From the NCBI GenBank assembly GCA_017534025.1, contig JAFWDF010000066.1:1-36919 (forward strand): 36,919 nucleotides of DNA, in the 5' to 3' direction. A program made the position numbers and the translations under genes. The stretch comes from Bacillota bacterium. Lineage in GTDB: Bacteria > Bacillota > Clostridia > Peptostreptococcales > Anaerovoracaceae. The notes under the pieces were generated by a model. That model had not been told where the DNA came from and made no database searches. It saw nothing but the letters and a program-made list of their open reading frames with translations. Below are positions 1 through 9,260 of this stretch, piece after piece (positions within the stretch are counted from its first letter, which is position 1; each line of letters opens with the position of its first letter).

Positions 1-17
1 AACAAATAATCTACGTA

Positions 18-47
18 TTGGACTTATATATATCCGTCTAATATAAT
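18..47 (+). promoter_or_regulatory. candidate SigA-type promoter for the mop gene
   Basis: TTGGAC (18-23), 18-nt spacer, TATAAT (42-47), about 110 nt upstream of the Mop start. Confidence 0.35.
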
Positions 48-160
48 GCAATTGTCGAAAGACACAAAACAAAAAGCACGACCGGGACCGCCTGCGGTTC
101 CAAATAATTTACACATAATTCGAAAGATTAAGAAAAACAGAAAAAATGGAGGACAACAAA

Positions 161-574
161 ATGAAAATCAGTGCAAGAAATCAGTTCAAGGGTATCGTTT
201 CCAAGGTTAATGAAGGTGCTGTAAACGGCATCGTTACCATCGATGTAAATGGCACACCGGTTTCCGCAACCATTTCCATGGAAGCCATCAAGGAACTCGG
301 CCTGAAGGAAGGTTCTGAAGCAGTTGCCGTCATCAAGGCTACGGAAGTAATGGTAGGCGCTGGCGGCCTGACTCTCTCCGCCAGAAACAAGTTTGCCGGC
401 AAGGTTGCTGCCGTAGAAGAAGGCGCTGTGAATGATATCGTGAAGATCGACACTGCCATCGGCACCATCTCCGCTACCATCTCCAGAGCTGCAGTTGAAG
501 AACTCGGTCTGGCAGCAGGCGCAGAAGCAGTTGCGGTTGTCAAGGCAACTTCCGTAATGGTTGGCATCGAATAA
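161..574 (+). CDS. mop: molybdenum-pterin/molybdate-binding protein with two tandem Mop/TOBE domains
   Basis: ORF 146..574. Two internal repeats (ISARNQFKG...AVAVIKATEVMVG and LSARNKFAG...AVAVVKATSVMVG) are typical of Mop/TOBE. GGAGGA at 149-154 favours ATG 161 (MKISARN) over ATG 146. Confidence 0.85.
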   Translation: MKISARNQFKGIVSKVNEGAVNGIVTIDVNGTPVSATISMEAIKELGLKEGSEAVAVIKATEVMVGAGGLTLSARNKFAGKVAAVEEGAVNDIVKIDTAIGTISATISRAAVEELGLAAGAEAVAVVKATSVMVGIE

Positions 575-587
575 TTATTAAAAAACT

Positions 588-640
588 CAGCCCGGGTGTG
601 CGCGGATCAGTAAGATCCCGCTGCACCCGGGCTTTTCTTT
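588..640 (+). terminator. Rho-independent terminator after mop
   Basis: GC-rich imperfect hairpin GCCCGGGTGTGCGCGGATC / GATCCCGCTGCACCCGGGC followed by TTTTCTTT. Confidence 0.7.
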
Positions 641-701
641 ATTGTAGAAATTTGTTTTTATTATCACTGTTTCAGTTCCTGATCCCGCTATAAGGTGCAC
701 A

Positions 702-1445
702 TTATGGCAGTAAATCCAGACCGGATTTCAGCAATCCGAACATTCTGTCCGACACGGGATCCGGCATTGCAATCTGCACGCCGTCATCCGGCGTAACCTC
801 TATGCTCCCCTTTACCTGCAGGTTTTCCTCTGCGGCAAAGAACAATACTCTGTCCGGTCTGTCCCCGTCCGCCGGCTCCAGCACCAGCCAGATCTTTTCC
901 CCCGGAATTCTGTACCCTTTTCCATTGCCTGCATCCTTCTGCAGGTCCTCCGGCAGCAGAAAACGCGGCCACGGAAGCGCAAGGATCCGGTCGATTAAAG
1001 CGGCGATTCGATCCTCCGAATAATAAAACCGGATCTGATCATCCATCAGCTTTTCTCCCAGCAGGCTTTCAACCTGGTCCAGCGTGAAATATACGCCGGT
1101 TTCCGGCGGAAGAAACTCCTGCAGCCCGGGAACCGCCGACAGCCCGTTTACAAACAGCCCGGACCGGGCCAGGTCCGCATAGCATTCCACATTGCTGACA
1201 GTATCATCGGAATACAGGACATGCATCTGCCGCAGGCCTTCTTTTTCGCCTTCCAGGCGAACCAGTTGCTGCTGTCCATCCTGTCCTTCTTTATACGCAA
1301 GCTCCAGCTGAAAATCCCCTGTAGTCTCTGCAATCCGCTCCATGGCGGCCTGGAATGACCATACCTGCCAGGCCGTGAAAAAACTGCCCCCGGCCAGAAG
1401 GCAAAGCAAAATGCATATGCAAATTAATAAGGCTTTTCTCTTCAT
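702..1445 (-). CDS. hypothetical membrane-anchored protein (N-terminal signal/TM segment)
   Basis: ORF 702..1493. The internal start MKRKALLICICILLCLLAGG at 1445 is preceded by GGGGA. I recognise no family. Confidence 0.6.
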   Translation of the reverse strand: MKRKALLICICILLCLLAGGSFFTAWQVWSFQAAMERIAETTGDFQLELAYKEGQDGQQQLVRLEGEKEGLRQMHVLYSDDTVSNVECYADLARSGLFVNGLSAVPGLQEFLPPETGVYFTLDQVESLLGEKLMDDQIRFYYSEDRIAALIDRILALPWPRFLLPEDLQKDAGNGKGYRIPGEKIWLVLEPADGDRPDRVLFFAAEENLQVKGSIEVTPDDGVQIAMPDPVSDRMFGLLKSGLDLLP

Positions 1446-1634
1446 GGAACATTTCCCCTGATCCGAAGCATTACCATTAACATGAACGATCATATTATTG
1501 TTCTGCCAATTATTATATCATACTCGCGCCGCCCGGGACAGGATTTCCCGCTTTACAATCCTCTCAATTTGGAATAATATGGAATTAATCAATTTGAATA
1601 ATTTCGTTTTTATGATAGAAAAGGCAGGTTACTC

Positions 1635-2867
1635 ATGCAGGAAATTAAGTGTCCGCATTGCGGAAAAGTATTTCAGGTGGATGAATCCGGATATGCGCAG
1701 ATTTTGCAGCAGGTGCGGGACAGGGAATTTGAAAAGGAACTGGAACGCCGGGAAAAAGACTTTGCGGTGAAAAACGAGCAGGATGTGAAGCTGGCCCGCA
1801 TGGAACAGGAAAAGAGTTACCATGAGGAGCTCGAAAAGAAAAATCATGCGATCGCAGAGAAAGAGAAAATGATCGATCAGCTGAAAGCGCAGCTGTCCGT
1901 TACCGAAACCGAAAAGGAACTGGCCGTGTCCAGGGCTGTGCAGGAAAAAAACAGGGAAATCTCGGACAAAGTGACGGAAATTACGAAACTGCAGGGGCAG
2001 CTTTCCAGTAAGGAAACCGAGAATAAGCTGCACGAAAAGTCGCTGAAGGAAAAGCACGAAGCCGAGCTCCGATTAAAGGACGAGCAGATCGAATATTATA
2101 AAGATTTCAAGGCCAGGCAGTCCACCAAGATGATCGGGGAAAGCCTGGAACAGCATTGCCTGACCCAGTTCAATTCCCTCCGCATGACGGCATTTCCGTC
2201 GGCGTATTTTGAAAAGGATAATGACGCCCGGACCGGCAGCAAGGGAGATTTCATCTTCCGCGAATCCACGGAAGACGGCATCGAGTTCATTTCCATTATG
2301 TTTGAAATGAAAAATGAGATGGATGAGACCGCGACAAAGCATAAAAATGAGGATTTCTTCAAAGAGCTGGACAAGGACCGCCGGGAAAAAGGATGCGAAT
2401 ACGCCGTTCTGGTGTCTTTGCTGGAGATTGATAACGAGCTGTACAATACCGGCATTGTGGATGTATCCTACCGCTATGAAAAAATGTACGTGGTGCGGCC
2501 GCAGTTTTTCATTCCGATCATTACCCTGCTGCGCAATGCGGCGCTGAATTCCCTGCACTACCAGAGGGAACTGCAGATCGTGAAAAACCAGCAGCTGGAC
2601 CTGCAGAATTTCGAAAGCGAAATGGCCTCTTTTAAAAACGGTTTCGCCCGCAATTATGAGCTTGCCAGCAAGAAGTTCGAAACCGCCATCAAAGAAATCG
2701 ATAAGACGATCGATCATCTGCAGAAAACGAAGGAAGCCTTGCTTTCCTCCGGCAATCAGCTCCGGCTGGCGAATAATAAGGCGCAGGATCTGAGCATAAA
2801 AAAGCTCACAAAAAATGCCCCGACTGTGCGGGACATGTTTGACGAACTGAATACAGAAAAGCAGTAA
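1635..2867 (+). CDS. DUF2130 family protein (N-terminal CPHC zinc-ribbon, long coiled coil, C-terminal nuclease-like domain)
   Basis: 410-aa ORF starting MQEIKCPHCGKVFQVDESGYAQI, a long E/K-rich heptad-like middle, and C-terminal GDFIFRE...FEMKNE...EYAVLVS. Confidence 0.8.
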   Translation: MQEIKCPHCGKVFQVDESGYAQILQQVRDREFEKELERREKDFAVKNEQDVKLARMEQEKSYHEELEKKNHAIAEKEKMIDQLKAQLSVTETEKELAVSRAVQEKNREISDKVTEITKLQGQLSSKETENKLHEKSLKEKHEAELRLKDEQIEYYKDFKARQSTKMIGESLEQHCLTQFNSLRMTAFPSAYFEKDNDARTGSKGDFIFRESTEDGIEFISIMFEMKNEMDETATKHKNEDFFKELDKDRREKGCEYAVLVSLLEIDNELYNTGIVDVSYRYEKMYVVRPQFFIPIITLLRNAALNSLHYQRELQIVKNQQLDLQNFESEMASFKNGFARNYELASKKFETAIKEIDKTIDHLQKTKEALLSSGNQLRLANNKAQDLSIKKLTKNAPTVRDMFDELNTEKQ

Positions 2868-2898
2868 ACGAACCGCCCGGAAGTTCTGCATCGATCCG

Positions 2899-3390
2899 CT
2901 ACAGCCGGAACAGCTCTTCCTCCGGAAGAACAGAGGAATTCCACTCTCCGTATACTTTTTCGCCGTTCACAAGGCGGAAAGCCCGGACTTCCATTTTCAG
3001 ATTCGTGGCATCCTGAAAATACATGCTCTGGCCGGGTTCAGCGGTCTCTCCGGTATCGGTAACACTGTTATCCGTATCCCAGAAATAATAAAATACATAC
3101 TCATAGCCATCCGCTCCGGATACAGGATCCCAGGTCACCCGGATGCCGGCCGCATCCGGCAGGCCGCCTGTGTCGGAGGCCCAGGCAAAGTTTTCCGGTG
3201 TTCCCGGAGCCTCCTGCCCGGCCTGCTGCTGAGCGATTGCCCCGGCAAGCGTATGAACCGTTTCTTCCAGAACCGCCCGGATACTTTCTTCCGGCGCGGT
3301 CTCTGCCGCTGCCGCGGGTGCAGTTCCCGCCTGCGGGAAGAGCATCCCGGCCATTACCATGACGATCAGAAAAATACCTGTCTTTTTCAA
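2899..3390 (-). CDS. secreted hypothetical protein with Fn3-like C-terminal region
   Basis: ORF 2899..3417. GAGGTGA precedes TTG at 3390 (LKKTGIFLIVMVMAGMLF signal peptide). The IRVTWDPVSGADGYEY segment resembles fibronectin-III repeats. Confidence 0.55.
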   Translation of the reverse strand: MKKTGIFLIVMVMAGMLFPQAGTAPAAAAETAPEESIRAVLEETVHTLAGAIAQQQAGQEAPGTPENFAWASDTGGLPDAAGIRVTWDPVSGADGYEYVFYYFWDTDNSVTDTGETAEPGQSMYFQDATNLKMEVRAFRLVNGEKVYGEWNSSVLPEEELFRL

Positions 3391-3459
3391 TTGTATCACC
3401 TCATTCACGTATCGCACGGGACCGTCTTTCTCCGGCTCTTTCTCCTGCCCGCACAGGAC

Positions 3460-4029
3460 TCATTCGTTCTGTGTCTGCCGTCGTCCGACCGCACAGCGGT
3501 CGTACTCGGTGCCGTCCTGCAGGCGGCGGAGAGAAAAGACGCCTCCCTCCAGCACCGCATAGGAGTGATCGGATCCGCCCTTCGGGATAGAAACGGAGCC
3601 CGGATTCACATACAGATACTCCTCATACTGCTTCAGAGCAGGCACATGTGTATGCCCGTTCAGCAGCACGTCCATTTCGACAAAAGGCGGAGGATTCAGG
3701 GGATTGTACCCGTGCCCATGGGTGGCGAACAGGCGGAGCCCGTCTGCCTCCAGCATCTCATAGCGATTCATGATCGGGAAATCCAGCACCATCTGGTCCA
3801 CTTCCGAATCACAATTTCCCCGCACCGCAACGATCCGGTCCTTCAGTGAATTCAGAATTTCCATGGTGCGTTTCGTATCATAATCATCCGGCAGCGCGTT
3901 GCGCGGCCCGTGGTACAGCAGGTCTCCCAGCAGAAGAATCCGGTCCGGCTGTTCCCGCCGGACCGCTTCCAGGAACAGTTCCGCAAAGCGGGCGGACCCG
4001 TGTATATCCGACGCAATCAGCAGCTTCAT
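3460..4029 (-). CDS. YfcE-like metallophosphoesterase (phosphodiesterase, MJ0936 family)
   Basis: MKLLIASDIHGS...LLLGDLLYHGPRN...VRGNCD...THGH...NGHTH are calcineurin-like metallophosphatase motifs. ATG 4029 lies 2 nt after the upstream stop. Confidence 0.85.
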   Translation of the reverse strand: MKLLIASDIHGSARFAELFLEAVRREQPDRILLLGDLLYHGPRNALPDDYDTKRTMEILNSLKDRIVAVRGNCDSEVDQMVLDFPIMNRYEMLEADGLRLFATHGHGYNPLNPPPFVEMDVLLNGHTHVPALKQYEEYLYVNPGSVSIPKGGSDHSYAVLEGGVFSLRRLQDGTEYDRCAVGRRQTQNE

Positions 4030-4031
4030 CT

Positions 4032-4526
4032 TTATTCCCACTTCCAGTCCGGCGGCGAAGTAACTTCATCCGTACCGATGATCGAAATAACCTCGAACTC
4101 CGCACCTTCCCCGCATTTTACGTAGAAGGTCTTCTCTATACAGTCTTCACTATGTTCATCCTTGGCGAGATCCGAAGATCCGTAAACCTGTATCACCAGC
4201 TTCTGATACCCTTCGGTTTCTTCCGTCACTGCGTCCTGCACATTTGTGCCGACCATGACATACGATTTTCCGGCTGTCTGTCCGCCGCCCACGCTGCCCA
4301 GATCCTCATCGTCCAGAATCATATGCACATCCGTGGAAGTGTAATCTGCGCTGTACCCGGAAATGACAAAGTTCCCGTCCCCGGCGTAGAGGATAATCCC
4401 GTCCTTCTGCGAAGGTTCTGTATCTGCCTTTTTTTCGGAAGAACCGCATGCCGCAGCAAATACGGCCATGCACACTACCAGCAGTGCTGCGATTACTGCT
4501 CTTCCTGTCCGGTTTCTTCTTTTCAT
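4032..4526 (-). CDS. hypothetical lipoprotein
   Basis: MKRRNRTGRAVIAALLVVCMAVFAAACGSS is a signal peptide with a lipobox Cys. Confidence 0.7.
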   Translation of the reverse strand: MKRRNRTGRAVIAALLVVCMAVFAAACGSSEKKADTEPSQKDGIILYAGDGNFVISGYSADYTSTDVHMILDDEDLGSVGGGQTAGKSYVMVGTNVQDAVTEETEGYQKLVIQVYGSSDLAKDEHSEDCIEKTFYVKCGEGAEFEVISIIGTDEVTSPPDWKWE

Positions 4527-4550
4527 GATAATAACTCCTTTCTGAATGCT

Positions 4551-5537
4551 TTATTCCAGCGGCTCCTCGTCAATGCCGTACCGCTCAATAGCTTCTGTGT
4601 CGTCCGCAAACACGGCGATGCTTTTTTCAATCATCCGGCACGGCCGGTACGAAGTTTTTGCCTTCCGCAGCCCGGCCAGCCCCATATCCTCTTCCCGGTT
4701 AATGAATTCGTACCTGCCCAGACAGGCTTTCGCGAATTCCTGGTTGAGTTTCTGATAGATTCCCGGAAAATCGACGTTGGCTTTTTCCACATGCTCCACG
4801 ATGGTGTCGCTGCCCAGCAGGCCGCCGATGGCGTAGCCTTCCAGCTTTCCGTCAATGCGCAGCGCCACGCCCTCCAGACCAAGCCGGCGGTACTCCGGCA
4901 GCGCATCCATTAACACGCCCTTTTCCATGTGCAGCATATCTGCTTCGAATCCCGTGACCTGCTTTTTCTCATCGATATATTCCAGCAGCGACAGGGCCTC
5001 TTCCGCCATGTCCGCAGAGAACGGCACGATCTCATACCTGCCTTCCTGCTCCCGGTTAAACCGGTTCACAAGGTTTTTCTTGCTGTGGTAGCGGCGCCCT
5101 TTCAGGCCGGCCAGATCTTCCGTCCGGTAGACGTAATCGTAGTTTGCCCGGTCGGTCAGGAAGAGAAACTGTGCCGGAATCAGGTCGATGTACGACTGAA
5201 TCATATGCTTCGGAATCAGCCGCATGACGTACGGCTTATCCAGCTGCGCGAAGCGGTCAGTCACCGCATCCAGCGCCCGCCTCATATTCTTGGCGTCGCA
5301 TTCGCCCTTCAGCGGAAGCAGCGGAAATACGAACGGCTCGTCCTCGAACCCCTCAAAGTTGGACAATCCCGCTACACACAGGAAATTGCTGATCACCTCA
5401 AAGGTGAAATCATTGACATCCCGCCACAGATACAGGGAGGAGAAAGTCAGGCCCGATGTTTCATGTGCATAGCGGTTAATATAATCCTCTATTTCTTCTT
5501 TTCGGTCAATCGTTATGCGGTTTGAAAAAAAATCCAT
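4551..5537 (-). CDS. DUF2156 (phosphatidylglycerol lysyltransferase C-terminal-like, GNAT fold) domain protein
   Basis: 328-aa ORF. The N-terminal ...SGLTFSSLYLWRD... and overall size match stand-alone DUF2156 proteins. The start lies 1 nt after the surE stop. Confidence 0.7.
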   Translation of the reverse strand: MDFFSNRITIDRKEEIEDYINRYAHETSGLTFSSLYLWRDVNDFTFEVISNFLCVAGLSNFEGFEDEPFVFPLLPLKGECDAKNMRRALDAVTDRFAQLDKPYVMRLIPKHMIQSYIDLIPAQFLFLTDRANYDYVYRTEDLAGLKGRRYHSKKNLVNRFNREQEGRYEIVPFSADMAEEALSLLEYIDEKKQVTGFEADMLHMEKGVLMDALPEYRRLGLEGVALRIDGKLEGYAIGGLLGSDTIVEHVEKANVDFPGIYQKLNQEFAKACLGRYEFINREEDMGLAGLRKAKTSYRPCRMIEKSIAVFADDTEAIERYGIDEEPLE

Positions 5538-5538
5538 A

Positions 5539-6321
5539 TTATTTCCCCAGCAGATCCCAGCCGGTGACCGTATCCAGCATGTCCAAATCTGTCAGATCCA
5601 GCTTCAGCGGCGTCACGGTGATATAATTGTCCTGGTGCGCCATGATGTCCAGATCTTCCGGCAGCCCTTCATAATGCACGACAGTGCCGGAATACCAGAA
5701 ATACTTCTGTTTCCGCGGCGATTCCTGAATTTCAAAAGTTTCATTGTATTCGCGCGGCCCCATCCGGGTGATCTTCATGCCCCTGATCTCTTCCGGCCGG
5801 CACCCCGGATAATTGACGTTCAGCAGAGTGTGGCTGTCAATGGCCGGAACGGCCTTTTTCACCAGGTCCAGAATCATCGGCCTCATATTTTCCAGCTGCT
5901 CCGGCTTCGGCCGGCGCCGGTCCAGCGACATGGCTATCCCGGGCACCCTGCAAAGCAGCGCTTCCGCGGCCGCGGATGCCGTGCCCGAATACAGCACATC
6001 CGAACCGATGTTGCTGCCGTGATTAATGCCGGAGAAGACCACATCAAATTCAATGCCTTCCTGGCGGAGCTTTTTTATGGCGAACTTGACACAATCCGCC
6101 GGTGTGCCCGACAGCGCTCTTGCCCAGACCGCCCCCGGCACCTCCTCTTCAACGACCATGACCGGCCCGCGCGTAGTGGAAATGCTGTGGCTCGCGGCGC
6201 TGCGCTCGCCGTCCGGTGCACAGACATACACATGCACTCCGTCAATCGATGCCAGCGTATCCACCAGCAGCCGCAGCCCGGCCGCCTGAATCCCGTCGTC
6301 ATTGGATACCAGTATATTCAT
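5539..6321 (-). CDS. surE: 5'/3'-nucleotidase SurE
   Basis: MNILVSNDDGIQAAGL...SGINHGSNIG...YSGTASAA are SurE hallmarks. ATG 6321 is preceded by AGAAGGAA. The longer ORF to 6453 has no support. Confidence 0.9.
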   Translation of the reverse strand: MNILVSNDDGIQAAGLRLLVDTLASIDGVHVYVCAPDGERSAASHSISTTRGPVMVVEEEVPGAVWARALSGTPADCVKFAIKKLRQEGIEFDVVFSGINHGSNIGSDVLYSGTASAAAEALLCRVPGIAMSLDRRRPKPEQLENMRPMILDLVKKAVPAIDSHTLLNVNYPGCRPEEIRGMKITRMGPREYNETFEIQESPRKQKYFWYSGTVVHYEGLPEDLDIMAHQDNYITVTPLKLDLTDLDMLDTVTGWDLLGK

Positions 6322-6375
6322 TACATTCCTTCTTTCTGTCCATAAATCCTGCGTTTCCTGTCTGCAGTTGGTACT

Positions 6376-6404
6376 AGTATACCGCAGTGCAGGCCGTGCG
6401 GCAA
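6376..6404 (-). promoter_or_regulatory. candidate promoter of the surE operon
   Basis: minus strand TTGCCG, 17 nt, TATACT, about 50 nt upstream of the surE start. Confidence 0.35.
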
Positions 6405-6722
6405 AGGAAAACTTCTTTCCGGACGCATCGCAGGAAGCGGTATTGTTTAACAAAAAACCTGCAATATCACGTTTTGATATTAATTCATATTATTGCATAA
6501 GTATCCGCTTATGGTTTATGATATAGCTATGCAGAAATATTGTTTTCTGACAATTTATTGATAAATCGTACTCCTCACCTTGCTTAATAATTATCGTATT
6601 GATTGATTCTTTTATTTGGTAATATGAATCTGTTTTCCCACTATTCCAGATTATTATTAATATTTTAAAGGCCAATCCCTGGCAAAAAAATGAATTACAA
6701 TGTTTCATGAGGAGGGATAAAA

Positions 6723-7040
6723 ATGACCAGGGACTATGAAAACCAGCTGAGGGACAGAATTACTCAATTGCGCATGCAGATGGGCGTGTCCGAGCATCGT
6801 ATGAGCCTGGAACTGAACAAAAGCGGTTCCTACATCCGCCGGATCACCAGCGGAGATGCACTCCCCTCTGTTCATGAATTATTCAACATCATCCAGTATT
6901 TCAACATGTCTTCGGCAGAGTTTTTCTTAACGATCAGCAACAGCCCGCTGAAACACAACGAGCTCTACGACAAAATCAGAACCATGAACAAAGAAAAACT
7001 GGACAAAGTGGATTTATTCATAGATTGGATTCGCGATTAA
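6723..7040 (+). CDS. XRE-family helix-turn-helix transcriptional regulator
   Basis: 105 aa. LRMQMGVSEHRMSLELNKSGSYIRRITSGDALPSVHELFNIIQYFNMSSAEFF is a Cro/C1-type HTH. Strong RBS GAGGAGGG. Confidence 0.8.
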   Translation: MTRDYENQLRDRITQLRMQMGVSEHRMSLELNKSGSYIRRITSGDALPSVHELFNIIQYFNMSSAEFFLTISNSPLKHNELYDKIRTMNKEKLDKVDLFIDWIRD

Positions 7041-7065
7041 ATGGATACGAACATCATTGCAACAT

Positions 7066-7115
7066 GAAACAATCTCCATGACAGGTGAACGCACCGGATG
7101 GAGATTGTTTTTTAT
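7066..7115. terminator. bidirectional-looking terminator hairpin between the XRE gene and cobB
   Basis: perfect 13-bp stem AAACAATCTCCAT / ATGGAGATTGTTT with a ~18-nt loop, followed by TTTTATT. Confidence 0.6.
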
Positions 7116-7179
7116 TGCCGCTGATTCTGCCGGACCGGCTTCTGGCACGGGATACATTTTACACCCGGCCTGCACCAGT

Positions 7180-7962
7180 TTATTCGCCTTTCAGCTTCAC
7201 CGGCTTCGGGTTGTGTTCAATCCCGTCTACTACGCTGGAGAACACCTTGCCCAGCGAATCGTGAATAACCAGATCCGCCCGGGCATCAAAGCCCGTAGCC
7301 TGCTTATTGATCAGGACGAGATTCTTTCCCTGGAAGAAATTCACGAACCCGGCAGCCGGATAAACAACCAGGGAGGTTCCTCCGATGATCAGCGTATCCG
7401 CTTCGGAAATCGCTTTGATCGATTTCTGGATCAGGACTTCATCCAGCGGTTCCTCATACAGCACCACATCCGGCTTCAGCACACCGCCGCATTCGCCGCA
7501 TACCGGAGTATAGGAGTCTGGTTTCCAGTGCTTTTTGTCCAGCATGTACTCTGCCGAATATTTTTTTCCGCAGTCCATACAGTGCACCCGGGACACCGCC
7601 CCGTGGATTTCGTACACTTCTTTGCTTCCTGCCGCCTGGTGGAGCCCGTCAATATTCTGGGTGATAATGGCTTTGAGCTTGCCCATTTCCTCCAGCTTCG
7701 CCAGCGCATAATGCGTCGCGTTCGGCTGCACATCCGGGAATACCAGATTTTCCATGTAATATTCATAGAAGTCATCCGTCCGGCTCATAAAGAAGGAGTG
7801 GCTGACGATTTCCTCCGGCGTCAGGCCGAACCGGGTTTTTGCCCTCCACAGTCCGTTCTCGGAGCGGAAATCCGGTACGCCGCTCTCCGTGGAAACGCCT
7901 GCCCCGCCGAAAAATACGATATAATTGCTTTCATCAATGATTTTTCTCAGATCTTCATACAT
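7180..7962 (-). CDS. cobB: NAD-dependent protein deacylase (Sir2/CobB family)
   Basis: FFGGAGVSTESGVPDFRS, QNIDGLH, a zinc ribbon CMDCG...CGECGG, and GTSLVVYPAA. AAAGGAG RBS before ATG 7962. Confidence 0.9.
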   Translation of the reverse strand: MYEDLRKIIDESNYIVFFGGAGVSTESGVPDFRSENGLWRAKTRFGLTPEEIVSHSFFMSRTDDFYEYYMENLVFPDVQPNATHYALAKLEEMGKLKAIITQNIDGLHQAAGSKEVYEIHGAVSRVHCMDCGKKYSAEYMLDKKHWKPDSYTPVCGECGGVLKPDVVLYEEPLDEVLIQKSIKAISEADTLIIGGTSLVVYPAAGFVNFFQGKNLVLINKQATGFDARADLVIHDSLGKVFSSVVDGIEHNPKPVKLKGE

Positions 7963-8022
7963 TCCGGTCACTCCTTTCATTTATTCCGTTCCGGACGGAT
8001 GCGCTGTTCTGTCCGGTATCCG

Positions 8023-9012
8023 CTACAGGTCAAAGCGATGATCCACCGGTTTTTCCTTTTTCTCCAGCAGACCCATCTCGATGAAGGCATCCTTCGCGAC
8101 CGCTGCCATCATGCGATGTCCGGCCGGATTCGGATGGGCCCCGTCAATAAAGAATCTGCCGTAGCCTGCCTTCAGACGGCTGTGCATTTCCTTATCAAAA
8201 TCGATCAGCGGAAGCTGATTTACTTTTGCAAACTCCCGCAGCCAGCGGTTGTACTCCTGAATCTTCCTGCAGGATTCATCGTAATCGATGAACTGTTTCC
8301 ATTCCTTCGGCACTTTTTTGTGATCCGGCTCCGTCGGTGTCGCAACGATCGGCACAATGCCGTAATTCATGGCCATCTGCACCATCATGGCATAGTTGCT
8401 GGTGACGTATTCCAGCGGGGTGGTCCCGAACACGTCATTGCCGCCGCCGAGAATGACCACCGCTTTCGCTTCCAGCTGCACAACATGTTCAAAAAAGCGT
8501 TCAAACATGTTCTCCGTAGTGTCCCCATTAATACCGGCGTTCAGCAGATTGATTCTCTCTTCCCGCCGCAGGATCCCGATCCAGGTAAGGGAGCCTTCCA
8601 CATCGAAGCCATACACCAGACTGTCCCCGATGCAGATGATACGGTCATCCTTTGTGAGCTGCGACAGCGCTTCCTGCACCTGGTCCGGATCCAGCCGGAG
8701 TTTGCCCAGTACATCATCTGCGCCGACAACGGAAGATACGAAGCCCTGCTCTTCCATTTCCTCCTGGAGCTCCGCCGCCATATCCTGCGCAATCTGCGCG
8801 TTCATCCTGCGCTCCCGCTCCCGGAAGCGCTCTTCCGCTTCCTCGATCATCTTCTGCTCGTATTCCCGCTCTTTGGCGGCCAGCTCTTCTTCACTGTATA
8901 TACGGAACAAACTGTCTTTTTTATCATTCAGCGTCCAGGTCTTGACGGTCATCCCGTCCACGCTTGTTTTCTCCACAGTCTGATCGGCGTATTTCTTTTT
9001 TTCGTCTGCCAT
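8023..9012 (-). CDS. SGNH/GDSL hydrolase-family protein with charged coiled-coil N-terminal extension
   Basis: IGDSLVYG, GINGDT, GGGNDV and DGAHPNPAGH are SGNH blocks I, II, III and V. GGGAGGAGG RBS before ATG 9012. Confidence 0.8.
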   Translation of the reverse strand: MADEKKKYADQTVEKTSVDGMTVKTWTLNDKKDSLFRIYSEEELAAKEREYEQKMIEEAEERFRERERRMNAQIAQDMAAELQEEMEEQGFVSSVVGADDVLGKLRLDPDQVQEALSQLTKDDRIICIGDSLVYGFDVEGSLTWIGILRREERINLLNAGINGDTTENMFERFFEHVVQLEAKAVVILGGGNDVFGTTPLEYVTSNYAMMVQMAMNYGIVPIVATPTEPDHKKVPKEWKQFIDYDESCRKIQEYNRWLREFAKVNQLPLIDFDKEMHSRLKAGYGRFFIDGAHPNPAGHRMMAAVAKDAFIEMGLLEKKEKPVDHRFDL

Positions 9013-9260
9013 ATTCCAGCCTCCTCCCATACTGTTCGTATATCAATTGTACTATCACTTTGCAGGTTTAGCAAATCCAGATTGTTCGCACCGGCAAAAG
9101 TCTTCTATTTTCCGAATGCCTTGCTCACCGGACGGCTTTTCTGTTATTCTTGTAATAGCTCTGGCCGGATGCCGGCAGCCGCTGCTGCGGCGCGCCCGCG
9201 CCGGATCATTCATACAGCCATTATTCAGATTATTAATATAAGAAACGGAACTATTTCATT

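Noticed and set aside
1-160. Molybdenum-cofactor riboswitch upstream of mop
   Set aside because: There is only a small imperfect hairpin (about 81-100). I could not find the conserved Moco-motif segments, and the window start may truncate the region.
3846-4913. 355-aa plus-strand ORF
   Set aside because: It is antisense to the phosphodiesterase, lipoprotein and DUF2156 genes, and has no motifs.
6490-6708. 72-aa minus-strand ORF in the AT-rich spacer, as a possible toxin partner of the XRE gene
   Set aside because: It has no RBS; the sequence upstream is the complement of the XRE RBS. It is isoleucine/lysine-rich, as expected from AT-rich noise, and I recognise no family.
9031-9260. Leader peptide or attenuator for the ABC-F gene, as in antibiotic-resistance ABC-F genes
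   Set aside because: The 230-nt leader has GC-rich mini-hairpins but no terminator with a U-run, and no short ORF with an RBS. The protein looks Uup-like rather than ARE-like.
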